A stretch of DNA of 64,000 nt. Origin: Felis catus. Taxonomy: Eukaryota. Positions within the stretch are counted from its first letter, which is position 1. The number at the start of each line of letters is the position of its first letter. The stretch lies in NCBI RefSeq assembly GCF_018350175.1, contig NC_058383.1, positions 14,138,001 through 14,202,000 of the forward strand. The letters are read 5' to 3'. Under the pieces are notes generated by a model, which was not told the origin of the DNA, ran no database searches, and saw only the letters and a list, made by a program, of their open reading frames with translations. Made by a program: the position numbers and the translations under genes. Positions 49,611-61,579 of the stretch are shown here, in pieces.

Positions 49611-50052
49611 AAGAAGCACATTCACATTCCTCTTTTTGGGGTGGTGGTGGGGACAGGGGTACTTCAGATGGTACCACGTTCCCTACTGCATCCCATCGGG
49701 GGCACGTGAGGTCTGCTTGTTCCCCGCTACTGCGGCTGACATTGACCCATGGTTATAGCTGAGACCACACACAGGTGGACCCGGTTTTGGAGCAGGTCTG
49801 GTGTGCATTTGAGAAAAGCCCACGTTCCGTGTCTCCTGTATCCTGCTTTTACGTACTTGGTTCCACTTTCTCAAATGCTTTTACTTAATAAGCATTTTAA
49901 TTTTTCACTTGGTTCCCATTTCTTCTGCGAGAAGAATTTTTCTGGAATTCATGACGTTTTTTTGCCTTTAATATATATTACCGCAATATGGTTTGGGGAT
50001 GCAACGCTAATATTTTGTTCGTGTATTCTGTCCTCTGTTGTTTATACACTTC

Positions 50053-50054
<2 letters not shown>

Positions 50055-50094
<40 letters not shown>
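50055..50094. repeat. (TG)n microsatellite
   Basis: Directly visible. Confidence 0.95.
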
Positions 50095-50097
<3 letters not shown>

Positions 50098-50439
50098 AGT
50101 TCTTAACTTTTTTGCTTCTGTTTTCACTTAATATTTCTGTCTTAAATTTTTCATTTGTGGGTATAAGGCTGCACCTGCATTTGATTAACCCGATTTTAAT
50201 CTTTATTTATTTATTTACTTAGGAAATGATATTTTGTATTTTAACCTTAGGTGTGTTTAGTTTCCGTGAGCTTTACTTAATCAGCACATTGTTGCACTTG
50301 ATTTACTCCAGATGGAGAATTCCCTCGTCAGACCAGTCAGATTGCTTACATCCAGGGCTATTAATATTTAAAATCGCTTACATCATTCCAGTTTCCCCGC
50401 TATTTCATTTTTACCTCTCTTAGTCTTTTCTTTGTCAGT

Positions 50440-50675
50440 TTTATCTATTTATTTATTTATTTATTTAATTTGTTTTCATGTTTATTTATTTTTGAAGGAG
50501 AGAGAAACAGAGCGTGAGTGGGGGAGGGGCAGAGAGAGGGGGAGGCACCGAATTCAAAGCAGGCTCCGGGCTGCGAGCTGTCATCACCGAGCGCGATGCG
50601 GGGCTCGAACTCACGAATTGCGAGATCGTGACCTGAGCTGCAGTCGGACGCTTGACTGAGCCACCCAGGCGCCTC
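50440..50675 (-). mobile_element. CAN-SINE
   Basis: TSD ctttgtca. Confidence 0.92.
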
Positions 50676-51350
50676 TCTTTGTCACTTTTATAAAAGCACC
50701 TAAGTCACAGGTACACACGTTATTATTGGAAACTTCAGTGATTGGGGAGCAGAAACGCAGAAGCTTTTCCATGAATTTATCCCCACTCCAGGTCAACAAC
50801 TCAGCGTGTGCCTTTTCAAAGCCTTTTCTTTGCGCCTATCTGCAAATATTGCATCGTTGAAATGAAAGTAAATACTTGGGTTTTAAAATGGGTTTTAGAA
50901 ATGACAAATGGCTGTGGACCCTGGGCTTTTTTTTTTTTTTTTTTTTTTCCCCTGCAGCTTTCTTTTTCTTTGTCTTGTAACCTGACATTATGTCTTGGAG
51001 ATCCGTCTACGTTGACGCAATATCTGACTGCATTCTCGTAGATGCTACGTGGGCGGGTGTAGATGCACCAGAGTTCACGTGGCCGGCCTGCTCTTGATGG
51101 GCATTAAGATGTTCCCCTGTTTTCCTGTGGCACCACTGCCATCGTGAATATCCTCATTGCAGCCCGTTTGTGATATTTATGGCGTTTCTCCCGGAAATAG
51201 GAATACAAAATGGAAAACTGTCCATTTTGAAGCGTAATGGATGCCGCGTTCTCCCAACACAGCTGCACCAAGCAGTAGATTTCCGTTCTCATCCCTTGTC
51301 CATTTTTCCATCGGGTTGTTTGCAGGCGCCGTTTACAAGTTCCGGGTGGT

Positions 51351-51795
51351 GGGGCGCCTGGGGTGACTCAGTCAGTTAAGTGTCCAACTCTTTTTTATTA
51401 TCTATTTTGAGGGAGACAGAGAGAGCACAGGGGGGAAGGGGCAGAGAGAGAGAGGGAGAGAGAGCATCCCAAGCAGGCTCCGCGCTGTGAGCTCAGAGCT
51501 CCGCACTGTGAGCTCAGAGCTCCGCACGGGGCTTGAGCCCACAAACCGTGAGATCATGACCTGAGCCAAAACCAAGAGTTGGCCGACTGGCGGAGCCACG
51601 CAGGCGCCCCTAGCGTCCAACTCTTGATTTCGGCTCAGCTCGTGATCTGACAGTTTGTGAGCTCGAGTCCCGCGTCAGGCTCTGCCCTGATAATGCAGAG
51701 CCTGCTTGAGATTCTCTCTCTCTCTCTCTCTCTGCCCCTCCCCTATGCTCTCTCTCTCTCAAAATAAATAAACATAAAAAACACACAAACAAACC
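51351..51795 (+). mobile_element. CAN-SINE split by a nested antisense SINE
   Basis: Head at 51351-51392, body resumes at 51611; outer TSD gttcc(g/a)ggt. Confidence 0.9.
51393..51610 (-). mobile_element. Nested CAN-SINE with a 21-bp internal tandem duplication
   Basis: TSD ag(t/c)gtccaactctt; ctccgc(g/a)ctgtgagctcagag occurs twice. Confidence 0.92.
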
Positions 51796-52364
51796 ACGTT
51801 CCAGGTATTAATCCTTCCTTACATTTGATTTAAGGACAGTTATTTGCTTCTAGTGTTTTGCTTGGCTTTTAGCCTTGTCAGTGGCTTTTTAGTTTTTAAT
51901 CTTTTGGAACCTGCTCATTTTTTTTTTTTTTCTGCACTAGGATCTCTCAATCCCTGTATTTTCTGTGTGATTCTGTGTTTTTGCATCTTTTAAATGTTCC
52001 AGTGTCTGGGAGATAATCTTTTGACTTCTTCGTCATGTGATTCCACGGTCCTCAACACGTAAGACAAATATCTTCGTGACTCCACGCTGAGGGGGAAGGC
52101 CAGTTACTGGGGAGACAGGGTTCTTTTCCCCGGCAGACGAGACCTCTTTTCTTGTACTCTGTCCTCAGCTACCAGTAGCTTGTATATTCTAATCCCTCCA
52201 CGATGTCTCGTGCCTCTATGCCCAGATGTGTGTTCTTTTCTAACTGGAAAGTGCCCCTCTTTTGCTAGCCTGTTGGTTGCTGGATGCTTCGAATGTGCGG
52301 GGCATGCTGGGAGGCACTTCATATATAATATGTCCTCTCTGCTGCCTGCCGTTCTCCTCCCAGG

Positions 52365-52832
52365 GCTGGTCGGTCCTCTCCAAAGGTGACCCTGGATGAA
52401 TCATCCCTCCCACACTGGATCCATGTGGCCAGTGACTTGCTCTGGCCAGCACGGTGTGGTGTAAGTGAGGCCATGATGATTCTGCGCATCAGCCTTAAGA
52501 AGGCCTGTGCGCCCTCGTGTGCCCAGAGCTCCGGTGTCCGGGAGAGGCCCTGAGACGAAATGGACACAGGGAGGACGAGAAGGCCGGCTGTACCAGCGTC
52601 CGGCCGAACCCTGCCGTCTATCCGTCCCGGCCAGTGCGCCACACTGTGGGCGAGGCCATCCTGAAGCTCCATCCATCACCTGACTGTAGTCCTAAAACCA
52701 GCAGGAGAACCGATCAGCCGAGCCCAGTCAACCGACAGAAGCATGAGCGATCATGGGAAGTAAAGAAATGGTGGTGATTTGAAAATGCTAGGTTCGGAGG
52801 ACCATCTTATACCATGGTAGATAAATGGAACG
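52365..52832 (+). mobile_element. MLT1H-like MaLR LTR
   Basis: gtgacttgctctggcca..gaggccatcctg..agccgagcccagtcaacc..gtagataaatggaac. Confidence 0.7.
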
Positions 52833-53957
52833 AAGAGGCACGGGTAATTGCTCTGACATATAAAGGCCAGGGATTATTAAAAAGGCTGTGAGCAAAACGG
52901 TCCGCGGGAACTGTACTTTTAATTAAGTGTCTACAGGGGTCCAGGCATCGTGTAGATAATGCCCACGTATTTTGCGGGGAAAACGGCTGCATGTTCTTCG
53001 TGGATCGTTAATTTTATAAGAACCTGAGTAATAACAACTCCAATTTATTGAGCAGCTAGTCCCGGCCAGGCGTTTTCTCTACGTACTTCGTGTGAGTTGT
53101 TCTTAGCAGATTCATATACTGTGCGGGTTTTTCCTGACCGACTTCCGCTCACGCTTCAAGACAGTGGCTAAAGGGAGAAGGCCACCCGTAAGGGCTGCCC
53201 CGATGGCTGTCACGTCCTTGCTCCCCCTGGCCTGTACGGTGCCTGCTGTCCGGCTCCTGGCACTTTGCGTCACACCCTGTCTGTCTCCCCCTCTCCTGAC
53301 ACCTGCATGTGACAGTGGTTGGCGGGATTAGCATTTACCTTCGTATGACTGTGTACGTGCCGTTCCCTGATAACCCAGGGAGCCGTGATCACAGTTTCAA
53401 GCTTGTACGGCTTTCGGGGTTAATAATTGCCTCGCTTTTTTTTTTTTCCTTTTCCTTGCTTTTGGATATTTTTTTTTGTTTGTGCTTATGGTGACTATCC
53501 CATATGCTGCAACAAAATTATAGACCCCTCCGGATGCTCTTTTTCCACATGGCCAAGCACATGAGTTCCATTTTCTGTTGTGTTTGTGTTCTTTCCTTGG
53601 AGACGGTCCTCCTGGGGCCCCGCGGTTCCTGCTGTGAACCCTCCTCCTGGGGTTCCTTCTGCCTCCTCCTGTGCTTGGGGCCGTTTCCAGGAGCTGCCTT
53701 TCTCTTTTTGACTTGTTCCCTCGGGATCATTGGTTCGACTGTATATGTATTTGAAATCTTTGTCTCCTGTCTTTTCTGGAATGCTTCTCCATCAGGTGTT
53801 GCACCTCCTCGATTGAACCTCTCTCTGGCTTTACTTATTCCCCTCCTATGTTTTTGCCTTTTTGTCTTTTCATCCAGTTTTTTTTTTTTTTTGGAAGGCG
53901 GGAGGAGGTTTGGTCTCCTGACTCTTCTCTTAAAAATTTAAAAATTCTGTTCTGTTT

Positions 53958-54186
53958 GGGGCGCCTGGGTGGCGCAGTCAGTTGGGCATCCGACTTTGGC
54001 TCAGGTCACGATCTTGCGGTTCGTGAGTTCGAGCCCCACGTCGGGCTCTGTGCTGACAGCTCGGAGCCTGGAGCCTGCTTCGGATTCTGTGTCTCCCTCT
54101 CTCTCTGCCCCTCCCCTGCTCATGCTCTCTCTCTCTCTCTCAAAAATAAACATTAAAAAAACTTAAAAAAATGTTTAAAAAGAAAT
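53958..54186 (+). mobile_element. CAN-SINE
   Basis: TSD aaaattc(c)tgttct(g/a)ttt. Confidence 0.94.
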
Positions 54187-54736
54187 AAAATTCCTGTTCT
54201 ATTTAATCCCTAAAGCGTTTTCTTGTTCTGTAGTGTTCCTCTTCTCATCTCAATACCCCGGTTCTGTTTTGTGTGCTCAGTACCTGCCCCTTGAGTCTCT
54301 GAGGATCATGGTGGGGTTTCCCTGTGCTCTGCATGGGGTCTGCACGCTTCACGCTCCAAGTGTGGTGTTATCTGTCCCCTTTGGCTCCTGCCCCCGCATC
54401 GTTGATTTTTCCTTAAGGCCTGGTTTCCTTAAGACACTTTGTTCTTTCTTACCCAGGAGGAAGTTGCTGAGGCGTTAGGGAACTTTCTGTACCCCGTGGG
54501 GTAGAACAACGCTGGTCCCCACCGGTGGACACTCGAGCAGACGGGTGGCTGTTTCAATGCGTGTCACGGACTCAGATGTGTCACCCCAGCTTCGTATGTT
54601 GAAGTCTTAACCACCTACCTCAGAATGTGACCGTGTTTGCAGATAGGGTCTTTAAAGAGGCAACTAAGGTATAAGGAGGTCATTAGTGTGGGTCCTAATC
54701 CAACGTGACCCGTGTCCTTACAAGAAGTGGAGCTTA

Positions 54737-54771
<35 letters not shown>

Positions 54772-54839
54772 AAGACCGGGTGAAGCCTCAGGGAGCAGGC
54801 AGCCATCTGCAACTCAAGGAGAGAGTCATCTGCAAACTC

Positions 54840-55449
54840 GCATGGTTCATAGATTTTACAATTCTTTTATTTCTGTTTTGGGAAGTTTTCAGTAGGAAGC
54901 CCAGAAGCCTATGTTCAGTGCAATGTTTTCCCTAAACTTTGTTGATCACGGAGCTTTGCTTTGTTTCTTCTGATGTTAATTGTGATTTTTTTTTAGTTTT
55001 GTTATTTATTTATTGAGAGAGAGGGTATGTGTGTGCGCACGAATGGGGGACGGGCAGAGAAAGAGGGAGAGGGAATCCCAAGCAGGCTGTACGCTCAGTT
55101 TGGAGCTGAGGCGGGCCTCGATCTCATGAACTGTGAGATCAGGACCTGAGCCGAAATCGAGAGTCAGATGCTTAACAGACTCAGCTTCACCCCGCTCCCC
55201 CTGTTTTTTTTAATTTATATTCACTGTTGTCCAAATCAATAACCTCTGCCGTGGACACGTGTCAGAGGGCTTGTGCCCTGTCCTGGCCTTTCCAGACACG
55301 GTAACCCTGAATTCCCTCCCCCATCCTCAGCCTGGCGCACTTGGAACTGACATTATACTTAACTGGAGCATGGGATCCTACTTGGTTCAAAACATTTGGC
55401 CCACGCCGTCCTGGTCAGAACCACCAAACCACGAGAGAACCCTCTTCCC
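54840..55449 (+). repeat. Local duplication, copy 1 (paralogue of 57316-57915)
   Basis: Colinear similarity read directly, e.g. taatttatattca(c/t)tgttg, cttggtt(c/g)aaaacatttggc, tcctggtcaga..caccaaaccacgaga. Confidence 0.88.
54987..55200 (-). mobile_element. CAN-SINE (older) inside duplication copy 1
   Basis: gaatcccaagcagg..ctcatgaactgtgagatc..ccgaaatcgagagtcag. Confidence 0.9.
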
Positions 55450-56039
55450 CAGAAGAAACGTGCTGATGCCTTGATCTCAGACTTCCAGCTTCTAGAAGCA
55501 CGAGAAAACGCATTTCTGTTGTTTGAGCCTCCCAGCCCGTGCTCCTCTGTTCTGGCAGCCCGAGCAGACCAATATACGCGGCGAAGCCTGCCCATCAGTA
55601 TCTGTAGATCTTTCCTCTGGGGCCCTTCAGTTTTCCTGGAGAAGAAGTTCCCCGTCTTCTGCCAGGTGGGAGGCCCGCCATGAGCACCTGTGGCTCAGGA
55701 TGGGGCTCGGAGTGGGGAGCTAGACTTCCATCGTGACCTTGCTCTGTTCTCCTGGATCCCTTGGCCTCCTCCTGGGACAGCCTGGCCACTGGGGCCTCTG
55801 CGGGAGAGGCAGTCAGCTGTCCGAGTGGGATTGGCGTGGGACGGGGCCAGAGAGCCAGGGGCATAGCTGCACCTTCTATAGAATTGCAGCCGTGCCTCTC
55901 TTTCAACCCTACATCTTGCTCCGACCTTCCGGAGCCCCCTTTCCAGGGCCCTGGCCATGAATTGGCATCTCCCTCTGCAGTGAAAGACTCCGACGTAGAA
56001 CCTTGTCTCTTTCCATCTCTCCATGCTGCTGCCTGTGGT

Positions 56040-57320
56040 GCAAGCTTCATTGCTAAGTTCGCATTTTGAAGTAAATGTCGACTTACAGAGGAGTTGCGGA
56101 GATAGGACAGGGAGCTCCTTCGTGGTGGCATCATACAGAACAGTGACGTGACTGTCAGAGCTAAGGTACCAATGCCAGTACAATGCTACCCTAACCGAAA
56201 TAACCAAACGTAGCAACTGAGTATAGACTTGATTGAGAGTTTATACCACGTTTTTCAGTGAGGTCCTTTTTCCGTTCCAAGATCCAATCCAGGATCCTAC
56301 ACTGTAAGTCAGTTGTCAGGTTTTCTCTTTCTCAGGAGTCAGAATTCCTTAGGATTTCCTTGTGTTTCATGACCTCGCATGCCTGGAGAGCGTTGGTCAG
56401 GTCTGGTAGAACGTCTCTTCATTTGGGCTCCCGCGAAGTTTTCTCAGGATTCGACCGAGGGTTTTGGATCTGGGGGGAAGGACACCACAGAGGGGATGTG
56501 GCCCCTCCAGGGCGTCAGGTCAAGGCTAGGGTACCTGATCGAGAGAACTGGTGATGTTCATTGAAATGCCTTGCGAAGGGGGTGTCTGCCGGGTTTCTTG
56601 CCCGTGAAGTTCCAGTGTGGGGGCGAAGCTTTCTTCTTTGTAATCAACGTGCCTTTGGGGGATGCTTGAAGCCTGTGCATGCATCCCACTTCTCCTTAAA
56701 CTTTTACCCCCCAATTTTTAGCATTCATTGGTGGGCATTTCCGGAAGCAATGATGACTGTGGTTTCTGGTGGAGATTTTCTGTTTCTCCTATTCCTTCCA
56801 TACTCCTCCCAACTGGAATTCTGTAAGGAGAAGTGGTCCCTTCTCCCCCATTTCTGTGTTTATTCAGTCATTTATTTATATCAGTAGGGATAGATGTAGG
56901 CACATTGATTTTATTCTTTGGGCCATATCCAGTACTCCGTTTATTTCTTTGGTTGCTTGATTGTTCTCGTCTTGGCCATCGGGAGCTCCGTCAGATGGTC
57001 AGGTTGGTTCTTTTGTGGTTTGGAAATGCATCCAACTTTTTTTTTTTTAATGTTTATTATTTATTCTTGAGAGACAGAGAGAGACAGAGTGCAAGTGAGG
57101 GAGGGGCAGAGAGAGAGGGGGACACAGAATCGGAAGCAGGCTCCAGGCTCTGAGCTGTCAGCACAGAGCCCAACGCGGGGCTCGAACTTGTGAACCACGA
57201 GACATGACCTGAGCCAAAGTCGGATGTTCGACCGACTGAGCCACCCAGGCGCCCCGCAACTTTTTTTAAAAGCACTTTCTTACTTTCTGATGCCACAAGA
57301 TGTTCCAGGCTCATCCTGTA
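56040..57320 (-). mobile_element. Old L1M(C) 3' fragment
   Basis: gacttacagaggagttgc..ttccaagatccaatccaggatc..ttggccatcgggagctc..cacaagatgttccaggctcatc. Confidence 0.7.
57037..57255 (-). mobile_element. CAN-SINE
   Basis: TSD caactttttt. Confidence 0.93.
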
Positions 57321-57915
57321 TAGTTCCTAGGTTTTTAAAATTCTTTCACTTCGGTTTTGATGAGGTTTCAGAAGGAAGCAGAGAAGCGTGTGTTCAGTGT
57401 TTCCTCTAAACTTTTTTGATCATAAAGGCTTTCTTTGTTACTTACAATGTTATTGTTATTTATTTATTTATCTGTAAGTTTATTTACTTATTTTGAGAGA
57501 GAGAGAAAGAGAGGTAGGGGGCAGAGAGAGAAGGAGAGAGAGAATCCCAAGCAGGTTCTGCACCATCGGCACGGAGCGTGATGTGGGGCTCGAACTCATG
57601 AACTGTGAGATCGCGACCTGAGACGAAATCAAGACTCGGACGCTTAACTGACTGAGCCACGTGGGGACCCCTGTTATTTTAATTTATATTCATTGTTGCC
57701 TAAATAGTCTCTGAAGTGGACATCTCTCCGTTAGAGGGAGTGCATCCAGACTCCGTCTTTCCAGAAACCGTAACTTGAATTTCCTGCCCCATCCTTAGTC
57801 TGGTGCACTTGTGGCTGATGTTATACCTACCTCGAGCAGAGGATCCTGCTTGGTTGAAAACATTTGGCACGTGCCATCCTGGTCAGAGTCACCAAACCAC
57901 GAGAAAATCTTTTCT
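57316..57915 (+). repeat. Local duplication, copy 2 (probable donor)
   Basis: Colinear with 54840-55449. Confidence 0.88.
57459..57670 (-). mobile_element. CAN-SINE (older) inside duplication copy 2
   Basis: TSD tgttatt(tt); SINE body. Confidence 0.9.
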
Positions 57916-58937
57916 AGGGCTTTTGGGAAGGGGGGTGGGGGATGACTAGCTCTTTCTTCCATAGAAGCCACCAGAAGAACCGTTCTCCCTTTCGTTGGCC
58001 GATGCTGTGTTCTGGAACATCAGGTTCGGAACTGCCGCAGCCGCTTTGCCACCGTGAACTGAGAGTCAGGTGCTGCTGTCGGGAGCTGTCACCACGGAGA
58101 GCCCGAGGGTGAGGCCAACCCAGGAGGGGACAGGAAGCCAGAAGACCCCGCCCCTTGGGGCTTCGTTTGAGTTGCTGCTGTAGAAAGCCTCACCCAACCT
58201 CCGTTTGGACATCCAAATCATGAACCAAAAGACTGCCTTTAGCGTGGAGACCAGTGTGTGGGTCATTTTTGGAGAACTTCACTTTCAACGAATAGAATCT
58301 CTTTCTTACAGAAATCGCGCTTTATTGCCTCAAATGTGCAAGCAGGGTACGCAATAGCGATAGGAATGATCTCAGTTGATCTGCGAATATTTTGAAGCAA
58401 GCGCAATCTTATTTTGTGTTTCCAGGTTGGCGAGCGCTTTCCGCTCGGTCATGAGGGCAGTGATTACGCTGGAAGCTGCCTCTTTGACAACTGAGGTGTT
58501 TAGGACCATAAACTCCCTGCCTGGGGCCGTTCTCTTAGAGAGTTAGAATCAAGTCCAGTCCGTAAGCAGGGCTGTCTCTTAGTTTTCACGTACGGAGCAG
58601 CCCCGTACTGTGTCACCTAAGCAACTTCCCCAAACATCTTCTTGGTGTGGATGATACGGTCTGCCTTTTGACCAGGCAGTTACCTCTTAGGAAATTATCT
58701 CGAGGAAGTAAGTAGGTAAATGTGTTTATACAATTGCCAGAGGGTTATTGCAGTGTTGCTATTACCCAAGAAAATTGGGTACGGCGTAAAGGGCCAGTAA
58801 CTGGCAATTCTGTTAAGGAAATTATGGCGCGTTCACACAACGGCGTGCTATGCAGCCACGACCCAGTGACGTCCGTGTATATTTTGACATGACGCGATGC
58901 TTATAATGCACTATTAGCTTAAAAAGAGAGCAGATTA

Positions 58938-59160
58938 GGGGCACGTGGGTGGCTCAGTCAATTAAGCATCCAACTCTTGGTTTCGGCTCAGGCCGTGATC
59001 TTACGGTTCGTGAGTTCGAGCCCCGCGTCGGGCTCTGTGCTGACGGTGCATGGCCCGCTTGGGATTCTCTCTCTCCCCCTCTCTCTGCGCCTCCCCGGTG
59101 CTCTTGCTCTCTCTCTCTCTCTCTCTCTCTCTAACACATAAAGAACTTAAAAAAAAGAAA
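58938..59160 (+). mobile_element. CAN-SINE
   Basis: Head, (CT)n tract, A tail. Confidence 0.92.
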
Positions 59161-60721
59161 ACGTATTATACCACCGTGTCGTATGATCGCCTTTTGTAAA
59201 AAGGCGTACTTTTGTGTGCATATAAAAATGAGCGGTTCTGTTGTAGATTTTTTAAGTCCCTTTGGTTATTTTTTAATTTTCCTAAATCAAACCCACAGCA
59301 CTTGTGACTAATGTATTAAAGCTAATTAAAGCCAAAATTAGCTTTGCGACACCAGTACCCTTCTTTAGGAGCTTAAATTTCTGAACAGGTGAAGCGTGTA
59401 TGAGGTGCAACTTCAATAATTGGTCCTTTAATGAGCTGGCAAGGCCTTCCGGGGCCGTGACTTGGGTGTTTTCCCCACCACCCCACCTGGCCCTTCTCGG
59501 GCGCTCGGCTCAGGCAGCCCGGGGTGGGGCAGTTAGGGCATCCTCTGGAGAAGAGCACGGCGCCGGTGAGTACGAAAAGCAGTAGATCTGGATTCCAATT
59601 TGGGAATTTTCCATTTCCGACCTTCGTGATCCAGTCTGAACCACTCCTCTGTTGCGTTGGGCCGTGACAGTGGCTTCCTCTGCTTCGCGGCCGTGTCGTC
59701 ACGGATGGGGTCACGCACCTGGAAGAACCTTGTAAACTCCAGGGAAGCGCCATCGGAAAGGCTCCGCGGTCCCGTCACGTCTTGTTTGGGACGGAAGCTG
59801 CGACGTTGGCTCTGCCCCTTACGTTTCGCGGCTGGAGAGTCTGTCCCGTCCTGTGCGGCCTTCTAAGGAACCACACATCATCAGAATGGAAGGGAGCGGG
59901 AGGGCAGGGGGATCGTCAGGTCCTCTCCAGCCTTTGAGCCCCTCCTTAGAAACTTTGCTTCATGCCGTCAGGAAGGGAGACCCTGGAGGTCAAACGGCAG
60001 GTCCTGGAGCTCTGGGGAGAACCCGGTTCTTTCCAGACCACCCTGTGTGCGTCCTGTGGGCACCCTGTCTGACCACCCTCCTCGTACCGTTCTTCTGCTT
60101 TGCGTAGCTCCACGATTTGGATGCTTTGGGCTCTTCTCATAAGCCGCGATTATGTTCCTTTGGCAAGAGACCTCTGTTATCCCTCCTGCCCCCTTTGCTT
60201 GATGGCTTAATTTCGTTTGCTCCCACCATTTGATGTGATTTGATGGCGTGCAGCATGACGTCCCCAAATCATTTCTGCCTGTTAAGCAAACATATATTTC
60301 TGGGATTGATGTTTTAATTTAATGAAACACATTCTAATGAGGGTCAGCTGCAGCCAGGAATTTTTTATGAGTGATTTGCTGAAAAGCACATCAAATGGTA
60401 ACATCCTGTGCTTGGCTGAGTGAGCCTGAATCCTTGTTCCAGCACATGGACTGGGTGAGACATGAGACAAGATGCTGCTGGCCTTGGGTCCCCGGCTTCT
60501 CATGCTGTGGGTTTTGGTCAGTCCCCTTTTGCTTCTGTGTTACGGCTCATCGGATGCCTTATTCCCAGGGCTCCCTTTCGTTGTGACAAAGAGGGAACAT
60601 TTGGGAATGTTCAGCCCATCGGAGGAGGAGACGGTGGTCCCAGCGTACCCCAGCTTGGTATTTGCTCCAGGGACTCGCCATCAGGATGCATCGGGGCAGG
60701 GAATTACGAGGGCCTTGCTTG

Positions 60722-60723
<2 letters not shown>

Positions 60724-60763
<40 letters not shown>
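60724..60763. repeat. (TG)n microsatellite
   Basis: Directly visible. Confidence 0.95.
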
Positions 60764-60764
<1 letters not shown>

Positions 60765-60856
60765 GGGTGCAGGGGTGGGAAGGAGAGGCCAGAGTCTCTG
60801 TGAAGGAACCTGGGGATTATAGAGGTGGTTTCCTACCCCAAAGCCATTCTCCCCCG

Positions 60857-61579
60857 TGTTTGTTTCTTGTGACAGCTGTAACAAATCACCACGGACTTAG
60901 TGGTGTAAAACACCAGATTTATTCTCTCGCGATTCTGGAAGCCAGATGTCTAAACTCAGTACCGCTGGACTGACATCAAGGTGTTAGCAGGGCTTTACTA
61001 CCTCCGGATGTTCTGGAGCGAATCTGCCTCTTCCCGCTCCTGGTGGCCCCGAGCAGGCTGGTGGCTGCCTGGCTCCAGCCTTTCGGGCCAGCTCTCCGGC
61101 TCTGTCTTCCCCTTGACTTCTCCTCTCCGGTACGTGTTGGTTGAATCTGCCTTTGCCTCTCTCTTTTTTTTTTTTTAAATTGATTTTTTTAAAGTTTATT
61201 TTTGAGAGAGAGTCAGAGTGCGAGTGGGGGAGGGGCAGGGAGAGGGGGAGACACAGAATCCGAAGCGGGCTCCGGGCCCTGAGCTGTCAGCACAGAGCCT
61301 GCTGCGGGGCTCGAACCCACGAACTGCAAGGCCATGACCTGAGCTGAAGTCGACACTTCGCTGACTGAGCCACCCAGGTGCCCCTACCTCTCTGCCTCTT
61401 CTTATAAGGACACTTGTGATTGCTTTCAAGGCCCACGTGGACAATCCAGGATAATCTCCCCATGTCAAGATCCTTAACTTGGTCAGGCCTGCTGAGAGCC
61501 CTTTCCCACATAAGGTAACGCTCACAGGCTCCAGCGATCATGACCTGCCATCTTTCGGGCATTTTGCAGCCCCCAGCAG
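60857..61579 (-). mobile_element. MLT1D/E-type MaLR LTR interrupted by a SINE
   Basis: gctgtaacaaatcaccac..ttctggaagccaga..cttataaggacacttgtgatt..aatccaggataatctcccc..caagatccttaactt. Confidence 0.82.
61165..61384 (-). mobile_element. CAN-SINE
   Basis: Full SINE body. Confidence 0.93.

Larger units (their letters stand above)
54562..55578 (+). mobile_element. MLT1B MaLR LTR split by a ~620 bp insertion
   Basis: 5' half 54562-54825 (gtatgttgaagtcttaacc..cagaatgtgacc..gatagggtctttaaagagg..caaggagagag) and 3' half 55450-55578 (cagaagaaac..ccttgatctcagacttccagc..aatatac); (CA)n at 54739-54770. Confidence 0.85.
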
